Assembly (NCBI RefSeq): GCF_006345805.1
Contig: NC_043014.1
Span: 29,388,001-29,452,000, forward strand
Source: Octopus sinensis
Lineage: Eukaryota
DNA length: 64,000 bases
Reading direction: 5' to 3'
Shown here: in pieces, positions 50,321-64,000 of the stretch
Layout: every line of letters begins with the position of its first letter
Position numbering within the stretch: position 1 is the stretch's first letter
Notes under the pieces: model-generated
Seen by the model: only the letters and a program-made list of their open reading frames with translations
Database searches by the model: none
Told to the model about the DNA's origin: nothing
Made by a program: the position numbers and the translations under genes

Positions 50321-50880
50321 CATGATAATCCTAATATGAATGGATACAAAAGACGATCGAGAGAGCCAGATATACATAAAGACATGAAGGTCGTGAATGG
50401 AATGCTTTTGATCATTGGTCTGCTCAATACAGGCTCGTCTGAGTGTAAACACTATAATAACAGTATCAACAACAACAATAACAACAACTACTCCAACAGT
50501 AAGAGCTGCAACAAAAATAGGGACAATGACATCAGCAACAACAATAATAATGAGGCCAGAAGAATAGAAAGTGTGACTGGCAAACACAAATGCACACAGA
50601 GAAAAAGTTAACTGTTGTAGACAGACAGATGACGTAATGTCTGTCTGAGTGAGAACAATGTAACAATGTCTGTGTCGCCGTGTCACTATTCTATAGATAT
50701 CTCTCCCCTTCCTCTCTCTCTCTCCACACACACACACACACTCTCTCTCTCTATCTCTCTCTCTCTCTTCTCTCTGTTCTCTCTTTTTCACAAAGACAAA
50801 CACATACACACATGTATTTGTATATGTATATGTATATATGTATACATACATACATACATACATACATACATACACACACG

Positions 50881-50911
<31 letters not shown>

Positions 50912-50991
50912 GTATATATATATAGATGCATATATAAATATATATGTATGTATATATATATATACATACATACATACATATATACATACGT

Positions 50992-51077
<86 letters not shown>

Positions 51078-51168
51078 TGATAGATAAATATTAGCGGGCG
51101 CTCACACACACAGATACATATATATAATATATATATTTTATTTATTTACATATATATACATATACATA

Positions 51169-51199
<31 letters not shown>

Positions 51200-51203
<4 letters not shown>

Positions 51204-51502
51204 AGGCGCAATGGCCCAGTGGTTAGGGCAGCGGACTCACAATCGTAGGTTCGCGGTTTCGATACCCAGACCGGGCGTTGTGAGTGTTTATTGAGCGAAA
51301 ACACTTAAAGCTCCACAAGGCTCCGGTCGGTGGTGGTGGCCATCCCTGCTGTACTCTTTCGCCGCAAATTTCTCTTACTGTTTCTTTTCTTGGCCTGCTC
51401 GCTTAGCCAGCGGGGTTGCGTCATTTGAAGGCTAAAAACAATGCGGAGCGCATTGTGACCAGCGATGTGTAACAACATTTGTTAGCCTGGTCGATCACGT
51501 GA
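51200..51502 (+). mobile_element. SINE family C
   Basis: Homologous to 18121-18420. Confidence 0.88.
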
Positions 51503-51757
51503 TATATATATATATACATATATATATATCATTGTGTCTGAAGAGAGTCTTTCTGTTTTAATGCCTTGTTACTTGACTACTGAAGAGTTTGGAAGAAGCA
51601 ACAAAAATTTTAGAAAAATTAAATAAGTAAATGAGTGGAAATCGAACCGCGCGTGTGTTAATTAGTAAGGTATTAAAATAGAATGATTCTCCCCAAACAC
51701 AATAACATATACTTCAACACACGAATTCATAAATGTAATCTTGCAAACCAACTACAA

Positions 51758-51938
51758 AAACGAAATAAATATATACATACTATAGGCACAAGGTCCGAAG
51801 TTTTGGTTGAAGCTCAACTGGTTCCTACTTCATCGACCTGGAAAGGATGAACTGCAATGTCGACATTTGAACTAAGGACAGACGAAACACTGCGTAGCAT
51901 TGTCTCCGGCGTGCTAACGATTCTGCCAGCTCGTCGCC
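51758..51938 (-). mobile_element. Diverged SINE family B, short-tail subtype
   Basis: Ends in GCCAGCTCGTCGCC (reverse complement of the head). Confidence 0.7.
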
Positions 51939-52089
51939 TTAATCCGTTAATCAATTAATAGTGTTTGTATACGCATCAAAATCAGCAAACATTAAATAAT
52001 GATTGGACACAATACAAGCTTGGTATTTATTATAATTGAATATATACTATCCATAAGAAATATTTTGTTGTTATTATTATTATTATTAA

Positions 52090-52676
52090 GGCGGCGAGCT
52101 GGCAGAAACGTTAGCACGCCGGGCGAAATGCTTAGCGGTATTTCGTCTGCCGTTACGTTCTGAGTTCAAATTCCGCCAAGGTCGACTTTGCCTTTCATCG
52201 TTTCGTGGTCGTTTAAATAAGTACCAGTTACGCACTGAGGTCGATATAATCGACTTAATCCGTTTGTCTGTCCTTGTTTGTCCTCTCTGTGCTTAGCCCC
52301 TTGTGGGTAGTAAAGAAATAGGTATTTCGTCTGCCGCTACGTTCTGAGTTCAAATTCCGCCAAGGTCGACTTTGCCTTTCATCGTTTCGTGGTCGTTTAA
52401 ATAAGTACCAGTTACGCACTGAGGTCGATATAATCGACTTAATCCGTTTGTCTGTCCTTGTTTGTCCTCTCTGTGTTTAGCCCCTTGTGGGTAGTAAAGA
52501 AATAGGTATTTCGTCTGCCGCTACGTTCTGAGTTCAAATTCCACCGAGGTCGACTTTGTCTTTCATCCTATCGGAGTCGATAAATTAAGTACCAGTTGCA
52601 TACTAGGTCGATCTAATCGACTGACCCCCTCTCCAAAAATGTCAAGTCTTGTGCCTAGAGTAGAAAAGAACATTAT
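52090..52676 (+). repeat. Family B SINE with three tandem body units (184-bp period)
   Basis: Units start at 52137, 52321 and 52505 with the same junction as the 47-kb array. The last unit has the short-tail subtype end. Confidence 0.93.
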
Positions 52677-52909
52677 TGTTGTTGATGTTGCTGTTCTTGT
52701 TCTTGTTCTCATTATGAGTGCGTGTGTGTTGGCTGTGATGGACTGGCAGAACATCTATCGCCTTTGACAAAATCCTTTGCGACGTTAGGTTAAGCTCTTT
52801 ACGTTCAGAAGTGAAATGCCGTCGAAGCTATATTTGTCTTTCCTCCTCCAAAAATCGAAAATATGCAATACCAGTCAACTGTGGATGTCGACATAATCAA
52901 CTAATCTCT

Positions 52910-53206
52910 CCCTTCATACTAAGCCGTGCCTGGCTCACAGGGCCGGTTTCCCGGTTTCCTTGGCGTATAGGTTCCCCACCTGGACGGGACGCCGGCCCGT
53001 CGCAAGTCAGCTGCAAGATGCAGGAGGAAAGAGTGAAAGAAAGATGTGGCGAAAGAGTCAGTAGAAGTTCGCCATCACCTTCTACCGGAACCGTGTGGAG
53101 TTAGGTGTTTCGCTCATAAACACACACATCACCCAGTCTGAGATTCGAACCCGCGATCCCTCGACCGCAAGTCTGCTGCTCTAACCACTAGGCCATGTGT
53201 CTCCAC
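52910..53206 (-). mobile_element. SINE, family C head with V-like tail
   Basis: Reverse-complement homolog of 26561-26868. Confidence 0.88.
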
Positions 53207-53299
53207 TATAGGTATTTATACTCCGGTGAAATTAAGAAATCAAGCCGTAAATAAACGAAACTCTCGAATCCATCAGTGTACACACACACACACACACGC

Positions 53300-53472
53300 G
53301 ACAGGTTTCTTTCAGTTTCCAAATACATTGACAAGGGCTAACGACATCCGCTCACAAGTGTTTGGTCAGCCTTGTGAGTAAAAGACACTTGCTCAAGGTA
53401 CTAAGCAGTTGGACTGAACCTAGGACCATGTAGTTGAGAAGCAGATTTCTTACCGCACAGCCACACCTGCGC
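53300..53472 (-). mobile_element. Diverged 5' half of a family A SINE
   Basis: Ends in CACAGCCACACCTGCGC (reverse complement of the head). Confidence 0.65.
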
Positions 53473-53474
53473 TG

Positions 53475-53548
<74 letters not shown>

Positions 53549-54252
53549 ATATAAACAACTTGCAGATGTAAGTGCTACCACTTGAAAGCTCCGCACACCG
53601 GATGCTGGCAACTTTATGGGTCATCAGGAGAGAAAGCGCGCCGTTATGGGGGCTTCCACTCGACGGCATCATTACGCCCCGACCCCACTCGCTGAAATGA
53701 GGACCCGTATTTTTTGATAAAGTTGTAAATTTTACAAACAAGCGATTGTTTTTAGTAAACCACGAATTTATAGACTTACCGCGAAAAGTAGACTACGGAT
53801 TATTAAGTGATATACATTATCTCTTGAAATCAGAAAGAAAGAGTTTATACCGATCAGTTCCAATGTTTTTGGCCCTGTCATGAGAGACCAGTTACTAATT
53901 TTCTTGATAAAAGAGAGAAAAGTAGATGGAAACTCGAACGGAATTGAAGGTATCTGCTTATTACAATAAACTGTGCGGGCGTTGGCATTATGTATTAATA
54001 GAATCACCACGTTTTTACTTGTGTTAGTCATGCGAATGCGGTCATGCTGTGATTCTGCCTTGAACGGTTATAGACGAACCAATCGACACCAATATTTATT
54101 TTATCCCCCAAAAGCTAGACACTTATTCTAACGGTTCTTTCTGCCGAACGACTAGGTTATGGGTATTTAAACAAACCAACACCAGTTGTCAAGCGGTGGT
54201 GGTAGTGGTGGCAAGACTATCTCTCTCTCTCACACACACACACATACAAGTA

Positions 54253-55120
54253 CAGGATGCGATGGGTAAATTGTCGCCATTGTATATTTTTAATTTTACG
54301 CTTGTGCATTCCTTCTTTTTGATTTTGTTGACTATACAGTATAGTAGGGTCAGTTGGGGACCGTCTGTGAAAAACATCAGAAGAATGACGGAATTCACTC
54401 TGCTAGAAATTTGGAAACGACATGCTGTACTGCTTGGCATTCGCGCCAGAAGCTCCAATATGAACATTTCAGAGTGTTTGGATGTCAATCTGAGGACAGT
54501 ACAGTCTAAGGACATGTACCGAGAGTCATAAAAATCAAATATCCAGTCAACATCATAGTGTTTGAAGGGATCACTAGTGATGGCGACGTTATGCCACCAT
54601 TCATCTTCCCATACAGACTCAGACTCAACACGGTGGCCTACATCAGGTGCCTGGAGGAGATAGTATGAAGAGGGTGGCTGCTGGAAGACCTTATGTCTGG
54701 CAACAGGACTCTGCACCATGCCACACAAGCAAGAGAACCCAATCATGGCTGTCAGACAACTTCTGCGACCACATCACCCCCAACATCTAGCCACCTGCAA
54801 CCCCCTTGATTATTATGTGTGGGGTGCAGTTGAGTGAGAGACCAACAAAACTCCTTGTAACACCAAAGATGCACTAAAGGCAAGGGTTATGGCAGCATTC
54901 AACAACTTAAACAAGAAGACCGTCCAGAAGAGTTACAGGAGATTCCAAAGTCGTCCGGAGACCGTTGTTGAAGCCAATAGCGATTTTATTGAATAAATTT
55001 ACTCTTTAGTATTTCAAGATATTTTTTATGTAATGTTGGTAAATATATCTATTAAAATGAGATGTCTGTGTTATTTTCATCTTCACGTAAATTAGACGGC
55101 AGTTTATTCACTACACCCTG
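54253..55120 (+). mobile_element. Internally deleted maT-like (DD37D) Tc1/mariner transposon with degenerate TIRs and TA flanks
   Basis: TA-CAGGATGCGATGGGTAAATTG... and ...CAGTTTATTCACTACACCCTG-TA. Transposase remnants include SDGDVMPPFIF, YVWQQDSAPCHTS, PLDYYVWGAVE and VVEANSDFIE. Confidence 0.88.
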
Positions 55121-55122
55121 TA

Positions 55123-55640
<518 letters not shown>

Positions 55641-56236
55641 TGTGTGTGTGTGTGTAGTAACACAATTGACGCGCCTCTTTCAATTTTATCTATCAAAGCC
55701 ACTCACAAGGTTTTGGTCATCTCGGCACTATAGTAGAAGACATTTGCCAAAGGTGCCACATAGCGGAACTGGAGTCAGGACTATGTTGTTGGGGAGTAAA
55801 ATGTGCTTTTATTATATGCTTCAATAGCTGTATTCTGTCTGTTATTTGGCCTGCTATGAGTAACCAACGTCTATCAAACGGTAAAAATGCTGAGATTCAG
55901 TCGTCGTTACGCTGCGTGTGTAAGCAAAAGCAGGGTATTGTAATCACTCGTCTTTGTCTGTTTGTCTGCGTCTTTGCAAATTGCTGGAAAACGGCCGAAC
56001 AGATTTTCACCACATTTGGCTGAAATACTTATTCGGTGAGCGACTTGAAATGATGAACATTTGGTTTGATTATCGCGAAAAAAAAAGAAAAGAATTGAAC
56101 TTACAAATTTCCCGATAAGCAAGAGGTCATATTATTTTGTTCTCTTTGTCATATGAATCGTCCCTCGTCTTCGTGTGTATAGATCATGGTGTACCAATGC
56201 GCGTAGACACGTGTGCATGCATACATACATACATAC

Positions 56237-56292
<56 letters not shown>

Positions 56293-56436
56293 GCAACTGT
56301 GTGTATGAGTGTGTGTGTGTGTGTGTGTGTGTGTCTGTCTGTCTGTGTACGGTGATGAATTCGAGGTTTTCCTTTATTTACGACTTGATTTCTTAATTTT
56401 ACCGCAGTATAAACACCTATTATGGATAATGGTGAT

Positions 56437-56475
<39 letters not shown>

Positions 56476-56974
56476 AATATATATATACATACGTATATAT
56501 ATATGTATGTATATATATATATACATATATAAATGCATATATAGATATATATATATGCATACATGTGTGTGTGTGTGTGTGAGTTTGTGTATGTGTGTGT
56601 GTGTATGCGACTCTGTGTGTGCGTGCGTGTGTGTGGGGTGTATTTACGTTGCTGTTACTTAGTGGTTCGAGAAACAGGTCGATAGAATAAGTACAAAGCT
56701 TTCCAAAATCATAAGAACTCGGTTCGATTCATTCGACTAAAATTCTATGAGGTGGTGGCCGAGCATAGCCGCAGCCTAATAACTGAATCATGTAAAGATA
56801 AAATATATAGCTCAAGTTGAGAAATCAACCCGCGACTCGAGTTTCACGCCACTAACACGAAACATGAGTCGCTAGACAAACTCTCTGCTTCAGTTTTAAA
56901 ACAAAAAAGTATCCTCTACATTTTTTGAACACTCCTTTTCCATTCGCTCTGCATTAAGCAACGTACCTTGGTAC

Positions 56975-57237
56975 TCTCTTTTACTCTTTACTCTTTCACT
57001 TGTTTCAGTCATTTGACCGCGTCCATGCTGGAGCACCGGCTTTAGTCGAGCAAATCGACCCGAGGACTTATTCTTTGTAAGCCTAGTACTAATTCGATCG
57101 GTCTCTTTTTTGCCGAACCGCTAAGTTACGGGGACGCAAACACACAAGCATCGGTTGTCAAGCGATGTTGGGGGTACAAATACAGACACACAAACACATA
57201 CGCACACACACGCACACACACACACATACACACACAC

Positions 57238-57279
<42 letters not shown>

Positions 57280-57692
57280 CATATATATATATATATTCAA
57301 TAATGAGGGTGAATAAAATTATAGATATTAATTCAATAATACCCTTATTTTAACACCAAGCGACCACATTAATCCATTAATCCATTATTTAGTTGTAATT
57401 CAATTTCATAGCGTTGACTGTAGTGCTATTTCTATGTGGAATTATCGTTGGCGACTTTACCGGTTGGGTCTATTTCTAGCACTTAGAGTTAACATATCCA
57501 AAGTTGGCTCTCTAATATTTACGGATATATATATATACATATATACGACGGGCTTCTTTCAGTTTCCGTCTACGAAATCTATTCACAAGGCTTTGGTCGG
57601 CCCGAGGCTATAGTAGAAAACACTTGCCCAAGGTGAACCCGGAACCATGTGGTTGGTAAGCAAGCTACTTACCACACAGCCACTCCTGCGCC
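56975..57692 (-). mobile_element. Family A SINE split by a ~240-bp insertion in its internal microsatellite
   Basis: 3' half at 56975-57290, unrelated sequence at ~57298-57527, 5' half at 57545-57692. Confidence 0.85.
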
Positions 57693-59200
57693 TATTACTA
57701 TTTGTGTGGAGATTTCCAATTGATATCAGTATCTTGCGTGTTTTAACAAACCAGTCAAGTATCCCAATTTTTGGAATCAGTACTGGTATATTGTGGAATA
57801 TTCTCTTGTTGTAAAGAGGAGAGTTCCAACTGCTATATTTTTCGAAATCCGGTATATTCTCGGGTCACTCTATCTTTGTTCAGTACCTTCTGATGATATG
57901 TTTTCATTAATGCCTAGGTATTTGTAGCATTCTATATGAAACATGAGAGATAGTGGGACCATTGATGCACAAGCTTTGTGTCTGGGGGACTGATTTTCCT
58001 CATTCAGCTATCAAATATGGACATTTCTTTTGTTCAAATTCCATTTCTATGTCAGCCGAAAATGTTGTTATTAATTCTAGCTGTTTTATTTTTATTTTAT
58101 TTTTTGGCATTGATAACCTTTTTAGCATAAATCCTGAGGTCATCCACAGAGTAATTATAGATTACATTAATATCTGTAACGGTTGTAGACCCTAGCATGA
58201 GGCCATTTGTTTTTTTGTAGCAAGATGGATAATGGATTTAATGCCAAAATGGATAGAATTACAGAGAGACTATCTCTTTGGAATATTCCCTTTGAAATAT
58301 TTATAACATTGGAGATGATCGTTCTGCTCTCAGTTCTAAGTGTAAGAATTGTTGCCCAGGTCTTTGTGAGCTTCTCAATAGCAGCAATTAAGATCGCAGG
58401 CACTTTTGCAAATAGAGACACTTCATGAGTGAGGAATAGAGTCGATTGCCTTCCTATAATCAAGCTATAGTGTTGTAAGGTTCCTACGATGTTTTTTTTT
58501 TTACTTCATTCAGTAGAGCTCTGTTTCTCAGAAGTTGTTCGGCATATCTTCACACTCACTTCTTTCCACCGGCTTGCTTATCAGTCACTATGTTGTTGGA
58601 TTCACAATAATCATAGAAGAATAGGTTGAGACAGCTTGTGTACAGTTTCTAAGTAGGATTTAGGCAAGCAATAGGCCTCTAGTTTTCAACCAGCTCGGTG
58701 GTTTTATTCTTGGCTACAAGATTTATCCGTATTATAGCAAGCCAATGTGGTATGTCAATTAGACCTTCCATAGTACTTCTGAATAAACATAATAGTGGTT
58801 TCCTGTAAAATGTCAGCCTCCCATACCAGTGTCCAACTCTTAAGTACCTTCTAGATGCTTCCCATTATGCAGTTTGCCTGCAGTTATACTGAAAATTTCA
58901 GGGTCAATTGCATGTTTTATTATAGATGATGGTACAGAATTCTCTCTTTACGGAATTTAGTCACAATGCGTTAAGATTGAAATCCTTCTTTTCATTCCAG
59001 GTTTTCAACCAGAATGATTCAAGATCTTCTTGAGATGAAACTTTCTTAATTGTAATATTTCCCTTACTCATCATTCTGTATAATGTCTGTGGTTTAGAAG
59101 CAAACTTGTGATTTATACAGGCACGTTCAAAAATTCGCCTGCAATGGCGAAGATTTTCGCTTGGCGCCCTGAGTTTATGTTTTAGAGTAATTAAACTTCC
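57693..59200 (-). mobile_element. Decayed R4/Dong-like (RLE clade) LINE, RT region; may extend to ~59950 and ~56830
   Basis: Minus-strand RPIACLNPT*KLYTSCL, EQLL.NRALL, KAIDSIPHS, ISKGIFQRDSLSVILSILALNPLSILL, SLWM(T/D)...AKN, FSADIEMEFEQKKC and YKYLG. Confidence 0.8.
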
Positions 59201-60602
59201 CTCAAAAGTTTGGCGTGAAAAGTCACCATAGTTTTGTTAATTCATTCATAAAATGTAATCAATGAGATATACATTCATTATTCTTCTTACATGTTATTAT
59301 CGTGGTTAACAATCCAATATGGTGACGCAGATTTTTTATGTTTTCTTCAACTTTTATTTTCCATCGAAATTACTTCCGTTTAGTAGTTTCATTACGATGC
59401 ATACCGCAAATTTCTCCTAGAGGTTCTATAAGAGTGAAAGTAGCTAATATACCAGTAATTAACATCAATTGATTCCATGTGCTCTCCAGCGATATCGTCG
59501 ATAACTTCCAACATTTTTATATTGAAAGTTGAATTTTTAAAAAATCTTATTAAGGAAAGCATGTCACTTTATGATAGATTCCAAAAAGTAGAAAACTGTG
59601 AAGCGTGGTTTCAGGATGTTTCTGTGTTGAATATATTCCACAGAAGTCTCCGTTGAGGAGATACGAGAGTTTAGTGAATTTGGTGGTGGCTGTTTATTTA
59701 CATTACTTTCGATCTCTCTTCTGGCAGGTTCTGGCCACTTCTCAGTGTTTTGACAAAATCAATTTACATCACGCCATTTCTTTAAAAAGATGCTTATTAC
59801 CGAAGCTGTTTCGAAATAAAAGTGCTTTAAGTTGGAGTGAGATTCGTCCCAGTATGTTTTTAACTGCTTCATATATTCGATACAAGATTCTTCACGGGCT
59901 TTTTCTAGCATCGAAGTAGATCTTGGTTTAGATGTAGAGTCCAGTAAAAATGAGAGGGGTACTTACGTCTTCTTAGATAGCTTACTGGTACTGTAGTGCT
60001 GTTTTCGTTGGTAGTATTGTTATTAATTTCAGCCAGGATCGTGCTAGCAAACATCCACGTGGTATAAGGTATATTTTTAAAACCCGGTCTGAATAACGCT
60101 GCATTGGAAAGTGAAAGGTGCTTCGTTTATTTATAATGGGAGAAATAAACCAGTTACTGATTTAACCTGGAGAAAAAAACGTTCAAATGTAGAAAACATT
60201 CAAAAAGAAACTTTAAATGGCCCTATACACTTGCACGTGTGATGTTGACGGCGCCATTTTGTATGTATGTATGTATGTATGTATGTATGTATGTATGTAT
60301 GTATGTATGTATGCATGCATGCATGCATGCATGTATGTATGTTGTATGTATGTATGTATGTATGTATGTATGTATGTATGTATGTATGTATATATCGGCC
60401 TGTTTTTCTGTCAAGTTATTCTGCCTGACCTCTATGTGTGTGTGTGTCTGTGTGTGAACGTGATTATATTGTCTGTGTGTCTGTGTGTCTGCCTTAAAAA
60501 TATGCCTGGGTATAAAATCTCTCCCCCCCCACTCACTCTCTCCAGCCCTTTTCTATCTGTCTATGACTCTCTTTCCCCTCTCCCTTACTCTCTACATCCC
60601 CC

Positions 60603-60637
<35 letters not shown>

Positions 60638-60824
60638 ACTCTCTTCTCTTTTTCTGCGAGTATCTAAGGTGCATAGATGGATGGATTGTTGTGCGATGGC
60701 ACGCATGGATACGCATGTATGTTTATGTTCTCCCTGAATGTTAGTGTTTGTGTGTTGTGCATGTTTATGGGTTTACGTATCATATACGCGTCCTCGTGCG
60801 CGTGTGTGTATACGTGTGTGTGTG

Positions 60825-60871
<47 letters not shown>

Positions 60872-60974
60872 ATGCGCTCCTGTGTAGCTTTGTGTGGGTT
60901 CCATCCCCAAATATAACAATATCTATGAGCATAATCTGATGCATTATTGTAAGTCTAAGAATAACACTGATAGT

Positions 60975-61640
60975 GATTGGGGGTGTTGGTGTTGGTGATG
61001 GTGGTGTTGTTGATGGTGGTTGTGATGCTGATGCTGCCTGTGCTGGTAGTATCGACGTCGGTGGTGGTGTTGCTCATGGTGGTGATGGTAGTGCTGGCAG
61101 CAGTGCCGGTGATATTGGTGTTGCTGATGTTGGTGTTGATGCTGCTGCTGCAGGTGGTGCTGGTGCTGGTGCTGGTGCTGGTGGTAGCGGCATCAGATGA
61201 AATGTTGGTGTTGGTGGTGGTACTGGTTGTGGTGGTGGTGGTGTTGGTGCTGGCGTTGTTGGTGGTGTTGGTGGTGGTGGTGATGGTAGTGATGGTGGTG
61301 GTGATGGTGGTGGTGGTGGTGGTGGTGGTGGTGGTGGTGGTGTTGGTGGTGGTGGTGGTGGTGGTGGTGGTGGTGGTGGTGGTGGTGGTGGTGGTGGTGG
61401 TGGTGGTGGTGATGGTGGCGATGGTGGCGATGGTGGTGGTGGTGGTGGTGATGGTGGTGATGGTAGTGATGGTTGTGGTGGTGGTGGTAGTGGTGATGGT
61501 AGTGGTGGTGGTGGTGGTGGTGGTGGTGGTGGTGGTGGTGGTGGTGGTGGTGGTTGGTGCCGGTGTCAAAGAAGGTGTTGATAATGGTATTAGTGGTGGT
61601 GGGGTGAACGGGGGCGTGGACGGGTGGTGGTGATAGTCAT
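60975..61640. repeat. (GGT/GAT/GCT)n degenerate trinucleotide tract
   Basis: Directly visible. Confidence 0.95.
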
Positions 61641-61964
61641 GATGGTAGTAGTCGTGGTGATGTGGCGGTGGTGGTCGTCGTCGTTGTTATCGTCGTCTTT
61701 ATGGTTGTTGTGATTGTCGATGCTATTGTTGGTGGTAGAAGATAATGGTAACAAAATTAGCTCTGCTGGTAGTAGAGGTAGTGGTGGCCATATCAGGGTG
61801 CTGTTGAAGATGATAATGGTGGAGTATGAGCTAACGCTTTCGTCATGGTGTTGGTGGTGGTGCTGGTGGTGTCGATGCTGTGTGGGGTGCGACAGTGTCA
61901 CGATGACTGATGTAGAAATAATTAAGTCGCTGCTCGTTACTACTACTACTACTGCTGCTGCTAC

Positions 61965-62016
<52 letters not shown>

Positions 62017-62020
62017 TCAA

Positions 62021-62246
62021 GGCAGCGGACTGGTAGAACCGTCAGCACGCCGGTCGAAATGCTTAGCGGTATTTCGTCCGTCTTTACGTTCTGAGTTCAA
62101 ATTCCGACGAGGTCGACGTTGCCTTTCAACCTTTCTTGGTCGATAAAATAAGTACCATTTGAATACTGGGATCGATGTAATCGCCTGTCTTCTTCAAATC
62201 TCAGGTCATGTGTCTATAGTAGAAAGGATTATTATTATTATTATTA

Positions 62247-62277
<31 letters not shown>

Positions 62278-62710
62278 GAAAGCGGCGAGCTGGCAGAATC
62301 GTTAGCACGCAGGACGAAATGCTATGTAGTATTTCACCCGTCACTACATTCTGAGTTCAAATTACGCCGAGGTCGACTTTGCCCTTCATCCTTCCGGGGT
62401 CGATAAAAGAAGTACCAGTTGAACATATAATCGACTCATCCCCACCTCTCCCAAGCTGCAGTTGTGGCAAAAATTTGAAATAATTATTATTAAGGCGGTG
62501 ACCTGGCAGAATCGTTAGCACGCCGGGCGAAATGCTTAGTGGCATTTCGTCTGTCACCACGTTCTGAGTTCAAATGCCGCCGGAGTCGGCTTTGCCTTTC
62601 ATCCTTTCGGAGTCGATAGATTAAGTACTAGTTGTGTACTGGGGTCGATGTAGTCGACTATTCCCCACCCCATAAATTTCGAACCTTGTGTCTATAGTAG
62701 AAAGGATTAA
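62021..62710 (+). mobile_element. Three consecutive family B short-tail SINEs (62021-62230, 62281-~62480, 62494-62710), each preceded by (ATT)n
   Basis: Three heads (GGCAGCGGACTGG, AGCGGCGAGCTGG, GGCGGTGACCTGG) separated by ATT repeats. Confidence 0.88.
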
Positions 62711-62959
62711 TATTGTTGTTGCTGTTGTTGTTGCTCTTGATCTTGGTTATTGCATAATTTCAATGTTTATATTGTTTAGCTGTCAACCGAAATTAAAGAA
62801 ATCTATGATCAAAGGCGTCCGGACCCTGACCCTCTCTTCTGAATTATGTTGGACTACATGAATGTCTCCAGTCCTTCTACAAAACGGCTGTGAGTGGACT
62901 TGAGGGAAACGTGGCTGTTATTTCTTCTCGGTCGAGCAACAACGTAGAGGCTTCTTCTT

Positions 62960-63000
62960 GTTGTTAGTGGTGGTAGTGGTGTTAGTGGCGTCAGAGGACG

Positions 63001-63031
<31 letters not shown>

Positions 63032-64000
63032 GGCAGCGGCGCTGGTGGGGGTGGTCGCCGTCGCCGTCGTGGTTGTAGTACTGGTGATACTGCTTGTGAT
63101 GAATTGATGAATATGATTGTTTTTGCATCTTAAACGATGATAGTAGTCGTAGTCATAGTCATAGGAACACTAGTGGTGGCGGTGGAAGCGCCGGTATTGT
63201 TGCTTTTGAGGTGGTGGTGGTGGTGGCGGTGGTGGTGGTGGTTGTGGTGGTGGTGGTGGTGGTGTTGATTGTGGTGGTGGTGGTTGTGGTGGTGGTGGTT
63301 GTGGTGGTTGGTGGTGGTAGTGGTGGTGGTGGTGGTAGTGGTGGTGGTGGTGGTGGTGGTGGTGGTGGTGGTGGTTGTGGTGGTGGTGGTGGTGGTAGTG
63401 GTGGTGGTGGTGGTTGTGGTGGTGGTTGTGGTGGTGGTGGTGGTTGTGGTTGGTGGTTGGTGGTGGTGGTGGTGGTGGTGGTTGGTGGTGGTTGTGGTGG
63501 TGGTGGTGGTTGTGGTGGTGGTGTGGTGGTGGTAGTGGTTGTGGTGGTGGTGGGGTGGTGGTAGTGGTGGTGGTGGTGGTGGTGGTAGTGGTTGTGGTGG
63601 TGGTGGTGGTGGTGGTGGTGGTGGTGGTGGTGGTGGTGGTTGTGGTGGTGGTTGTGGTGGTGGTGGTGGTGATTGACAGTGGCGGTGCTGCCGCTGTCGC
63701 TGTCGTTGGTGGCCGTGGTGCTTGTAGCAGCAATCGAAGTGTGTGTGTGTGTGTATGTTGATAATGGTGGTGCTGGTGGTGGTGTGCCGGTATCGATGGG
63801 CGGCCGTGGTGTTTGTTTGTAGCAGCAACGATGGTGGGTCTACGGTGGTAATGGTGGTGGTGATGGTGGTGATGGTGTTGATGTGTGTGTGTCGTTATTG
63901 TCATCGTCATAGTGATGATGATAATGATGATGACGATGATGATGATGACGACGACGACGACGATGATGATGATGATGATGATGATGATGACGATGATGAT
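62960..64000. repeat. (GGT)n/(GAT)n trinucleotide tract running to the window end
   Basis: Directly visible. Confidence 0.95.

Noticed and set aside
60955-64000. Gly-, His-, Thr- or Val-rich structural protein exons
   Set aside because: These are pure trinucleotide tracts that are open in several frames on both strands, interrupted by stops and SINEs, with no splice or motif support.

Overview
AT-rich, repeat-dominated eukaryotic DNA with no host protein-coding gene that I can support. The tRNA-derived SINE families, the microsatellite load and the retroelement mix strongly suggest an octopus (cephalopod) genome; this is an inference from repeat content, not a database match. Contents: about 25 SINE copies or fragments of at least three head types; a 5'-truncated CR1-group LINE (28.5-32.0 kb); decayed RTE, R4/Dong-like and other LINE remnants; two maT-like (DD37D) Tc1/mariner remnants; a pogo/Tigger-like MITE; two Penelope-like element (PLE) fragments with GIY-YIG endonuclease, one with a ~370-bp inverted terminal repeat; and several recent tandem and inverted duplications. 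The most interesting signals are: (i) at least seven short (~165-215 nt) PLE-type units, each carrying one minimal type I hammerhead ribozyme motif and ending at a (TA)n tract, in two subfamilies, one with a fixed non-canonical CUGUNGA core; (ii) two independent 184-bp tandem arrays of a SINE body with an identical junction inside a hairpin loop; and (iii) a ~48-bp ungapped pri-miRNA-like hairpin at 9073-9178. All RNA structures were folded by eye and none is shown to be active. Element boundaries are approximate.
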